Below the pieces are notes generated by a model that saw only the letters and a list, made by a program, of their open reading frames with translations, did no database searches and was not told where the DNA came from. Below are positions 22,376-25,193 of a stretch of DNA of 25,193 nucleotides, piece by piece. The translations under genes and the position numbers were made by a program. The DNA is taken from contig NC_057758.1 of assembly GCF_004010195.1 (NCBI RefSeq), positions 719,396 through 744,588 of the forward strand, given 5' to 3'. Within the stretch, counting starts at the first letter, position 1. Each line of letters starts with the position of its first letter. Origin of the DNA: Chiloscyllium plagiosum. Its lineage: Eukaryota.

Positions 22376-22394
22376 ATCCCGCAAGGAGCTCCCA
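22376..22394 (-). other. Primer-binding site, tRNA-Pro-like
   Basis: TGGGAGCTCCTTGCGGGAT lies 3 nt inside the 5' LTR. The canonical tRNA-Pro PBS is TGGGGGCTCGTCCGGGAT. Confidence 0.7.
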
Positions 22395-22397
22395 GTT

Positions 22398-22987
22398 TGT
22401 AATGGACTAAATCAGAGCACTCAAAAACATTCTTAAACAGGTAGTTCAGACAAAACTTCGTAATTTGTTTCGGTAAGTGCACAGTAAAAAATATCTGTAT
22501 TATGTTAGCTAGGTTGCCTACTAGATTTAAAAAACAGACAAACTTTATTCACAAAATAACACAATGAACAGAATAAAGAACCCCTACAGAACTCAAACTA
22601 TCCAACTAGACTCTTCTGAATACACACAAAAGTCTCAATAACTATTCTCCCTTTAAATACCAGTATAAATGGAACACATGCTTACAGGCCGAAGTTGAAG
22701 GGCAAGAAGTGAGAGAGAGTTTCCACAAAGCTACCTGCTGAACTTCCATTCAGATTAACACTGAACTAAATTGCTCAGCTCAGCTGGAGAGCCGACCTTT
22801 CCATTTTCTTTGTGCAGGTGACTTCTAAAACATGGCCAATGTGGCATGAACTCTCATGTGTTTACACATAAACAAAAGGAATGATTGGAAGCCGACACAG
22901 TTTGCCACGTCGCTGAAAATAAAATCAAGCAGGGTATCCTTGAACCAAAAAACAGCTTTCAGAAACGAATGTTCGAGGTTTGTGATA
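22398..22987 (-). repeat. 5' LTR
   Basis: TGTAATGG..TTTGTGATA. Shares blocks with 13696-14572, e.g. TCCAACTAGACT, AATGGAACACATGCTTACAGG, GCTCAGCTCAGCTGGAGAGC. Confidence 0.88.
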
Positions 22988-23056
22988 ATGTATGGGCAAA
23001 GGCAACATAATTGAAGTGATTTGCAGTGACTGGAGCTCATCAAGAGTAGTGGTGTC
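22988..23056 (+). mobile_element. Continuation of the older plus-strand Gmr1 element (RT start)
   Basis: MGKGNIIEVICSDWSSSRVVV continues KEIE from 13695 in frame after removing a 4-bp TSD, and matches GIIEVSCGDWSSPILMV of the nested copy. Confidence 0.8.
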
Positions 23057-23654
23057 TGTTATGGGGCAGGCCAGACCATCTCAAAATATTTTAACAATGG
23101 AGTCTGGGCCCTAACTTTTTCTTATCTTTAAAGGTAGATGTAAACTTGTTGTTCCATATGCAATGCAACTGGTCAAACCATTCAGCTTTAAGTAAAACCG
23201 AATTTGTTTAAACACCACATAAACAAAAGCAAGCGGATTCTCGAGTAAAATAACTTTGGAAAACTTAACCAATCAGATACAGTACCTATTACTAATTAAC
23301 TGTTGCAAGAAAGCAACATCCCACAAACACACCCCTTATCAAACAGATAAATTGCAAGCAGGAGTTCATTGCAGGTGGAAACAACAACAAGAGAGACTTG
23401 AGAGAAAATCAGTTATGAATCATTTAGTGAAGCTTGCAACCCTTTTAGGATTGAAACATTGTGACTGCGTTGAAACAAAAACAGCTAGAAAGCCAAGACT
23501 GGCAGAAGTGGCCACTTCCCTCCCATTGTTAAACTCCCATTATTTAAAATAAAACAAACGTCTATGAAACTATACAGCACCTCTGGCTGTATGACCTCGC
23601 TCCAGAAAAAAACCCATGACAAAATAACATTGTTAATATGACAGCATCGTGACG
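23057..23654 (-). repeat. LTR of a related Gypsy family, probably a 3' LTR
   Basis: TGTTATGG..TCGTGACG. The left end resembles 22398ff, and the right end is the inverse of 12020ff. A PPT-like AGGGGGCAGG (23655-23664, minus) abuts it. Confidence 0.72.
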
Positions 23655-23879
23655 CCTGCCCCCTGAAAAAATGAATCATCAGTATACAATAATCCTTATT
23701 CTATTCTATAAACAAATGACAATACATATACATTACATTGACTCTAAACATTTAGTACTGCATTTTATTTCAGTCTGATTACTGCTGCCACCGAAGCTAC
23801 GGTCTTTGTGATCGTATAAATTCCTACTTTGGAAATAAAAGCGGTCTGACTCCAGATTGAGAGACATACAGGCCTGAAA

Positions 23880-24245
23880 CAAGACCCCAGGCCTAAAATG
23901 CATTATCTGACCTGAGATTTCACATTATACTGATTATAATTTAAGTTCTCTTCGGGCAGTGTCTTGAAAGACATTGTGTGATTTACACATTCAACAACTT
24001 AAACGGGAACTGATTAAAAACTGAGTAGCCATCTGGATTTGTTCAATACTTTCACATCAGTTATAAAACACTTTCACCTTTTACCTATAAATAATGTGTT
24101 CGATGTATTCTCTGTCACGAGTTACCTGAAGATGGAGCAGGCTCTGAACATTTGTGGTTTGGAATAAACCTGTTGGATTATAACACCGTGTCTTGTGAGT
24201 TTTCACTTTGTCCACGCCAGTCCAACACTGGCACCTCCACCTCAT
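23880..24245 (+). mobile_element. Penelope-like element 3' end/pLTR of a different family, decayed hammerhead
   Basis: CTGAAGA-T-GGAGC-AG-GCTCT-GAAC (24126-24149), then AATAAACCTGTTGGA..CAGTCCAACAC. The left boundary is approximate. Confidence 0.6.
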
Positions 24246-24624
24246 GAGTTTTACCAGCCTCTTTTCATCGGTCATACCGTCTAAGGCAGGCAGAATCCTA
24301 GTAAACGTCTCTACCTTCGCGATAGCTTCCACACCTTTAGTGTAATATGGCGACTAGTATTGAATGCACTGCTCTATGTGTGGCCTAATGAACGGCGTCT
24401 TACAAAATTGCAACATGATGTCCTGATTCGGACTCAATCTTTCAAACAACTAAGGTCAGCATGCCAAACGTCTTCTTCAGCACGCTGTCTGTTTGTATGC
24501 CCACTTTCAGAGACCTATGGACGTGAACCCCAACGTCCCTGTGTATATCAATGCTGTTCAGAGTCCTGACATTAACTGCAAACTTTCCAAGAGCATTTGA
24601 CCTCTGAAAGTCCAGCACCTCACA
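24246..24624 (-). mobile_element. Old CR1 RT C-terminal fragment
   Basis: RDVGVHVHRSLKVGIQTDSVLKKTFGML and EAIAKVETFTRILPAL. Confidence 0.8.
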
Positions 24625-25193
24625 TATAGAACATAGAACAATACAGCACAGAACAGACCCTTCGGCCCACGATGTTGTGCCGAACATTTGTCCTAATTTA
24701 AGCACCCATCCATGTACCTACCCATTTGCCGCTTAAAGGTCACCAATGATTCTGACTCTGCCACTGCAACAGGCAGCGCATTCCACGCCCCCACCACTCT
24801 CTTGGTAAAGAATCTACCCCTGACATCCCCCCATACCTTCCACTCTTCAGCTTAAATTTGTGTACCCTTGTAACACTCTGTTGTACCCGGGGGAAAAGTC
24901 TCTGACTCTCTATTCTATCTATTCCCCCGATCATCTTATAAACCTCTATCAAGGCACCCCTCATCCTTCTCCGTTTCAATGAGAAAAGGCCTAGCATTCT
25001 CAACCTATCTTCGTACGACCTATTCTCCATTCCAGGCAAAATCCTGGTAAATCTCCTTTGCACCCTCTCCAGAGCTTCCACATCTTTCCTAAAATGAGGC
25101 AACCAGAACTGCACACGGTACTCCAAATGTGGCCTTATCAAGGTCCGAAACACCTGCAACATCACCTCACGACTCTTGAATTCAATCCCTCTG
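24625..25193 (-). mobile_element. CR1/HER1-like LINE 3' end, same subfamily as 15111-18283, runs off window
   Basis: RPHLEYRVQFWLPHFRKDVEALERVQRRFTR, ATAGAACATAGAAC tail, closely collinear with 15111-15676. Confidence 0.93.

Larger units (their letters stand above)
13696..22987 (-). mobile_element. Full-structure, degenerate Gmr1-type Ty3/Gypsy LTR retrotransposon (gag-PR-INT-RT-RH)
   Basis: Two homologous direct LTRs, PBS, all domains recognisable, TSD ATAT (13692-13695) and ATGT (22988-22991). Confidence 0.88.

Noticed and set aside
12020..23654. Inverted LTR-like ends as one giant TIR or DIRS element
   Set aside because: Better explained as two related Gypsy LTRs in opposite orientation. 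One has its own PPT, and no tyrosine recombinase or transposase was seen.

Overview
Eukaryotic, repeat-dense DNA, very probably from a shark or ray (inferred from HE1-type V-SINEs, CR1/HER1-type LINEs and a chondrichthyan-style GPR139-like receptor). The only host gene is a two-exon, minus-strand class A GPCR of GPR139/142-like type (exon 1 8575-8641, exon 2 6301-7197). It has a TATA box and a single +1 frameshift in TM6. Most of the rest is decayed mobile DNA. There is a near full-length CR1 LINE (1-3240). A complete but degenerate Gmr1-type Gypsy element (13696-22987, order gag-PR-INT-RT-RNaseH, tRNA-Pro-like PBS) is nested in frame-recoverable fashion inside an older Gmr1 copy, and is itself interrupted by a CR1 LINE, a SINE and Penelope fragments. 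There is also a MITE-like insertion inside a SINE. The most notable signal is a set of short, TSD-flanked Penelope-derived insertions carrying minimal hammerhead-ribozyme motifs, including a 91-bp-arm palindrome with back-to-back hammerheads (4522-4741). All family assignments come from motif recognition only; no database search was run.
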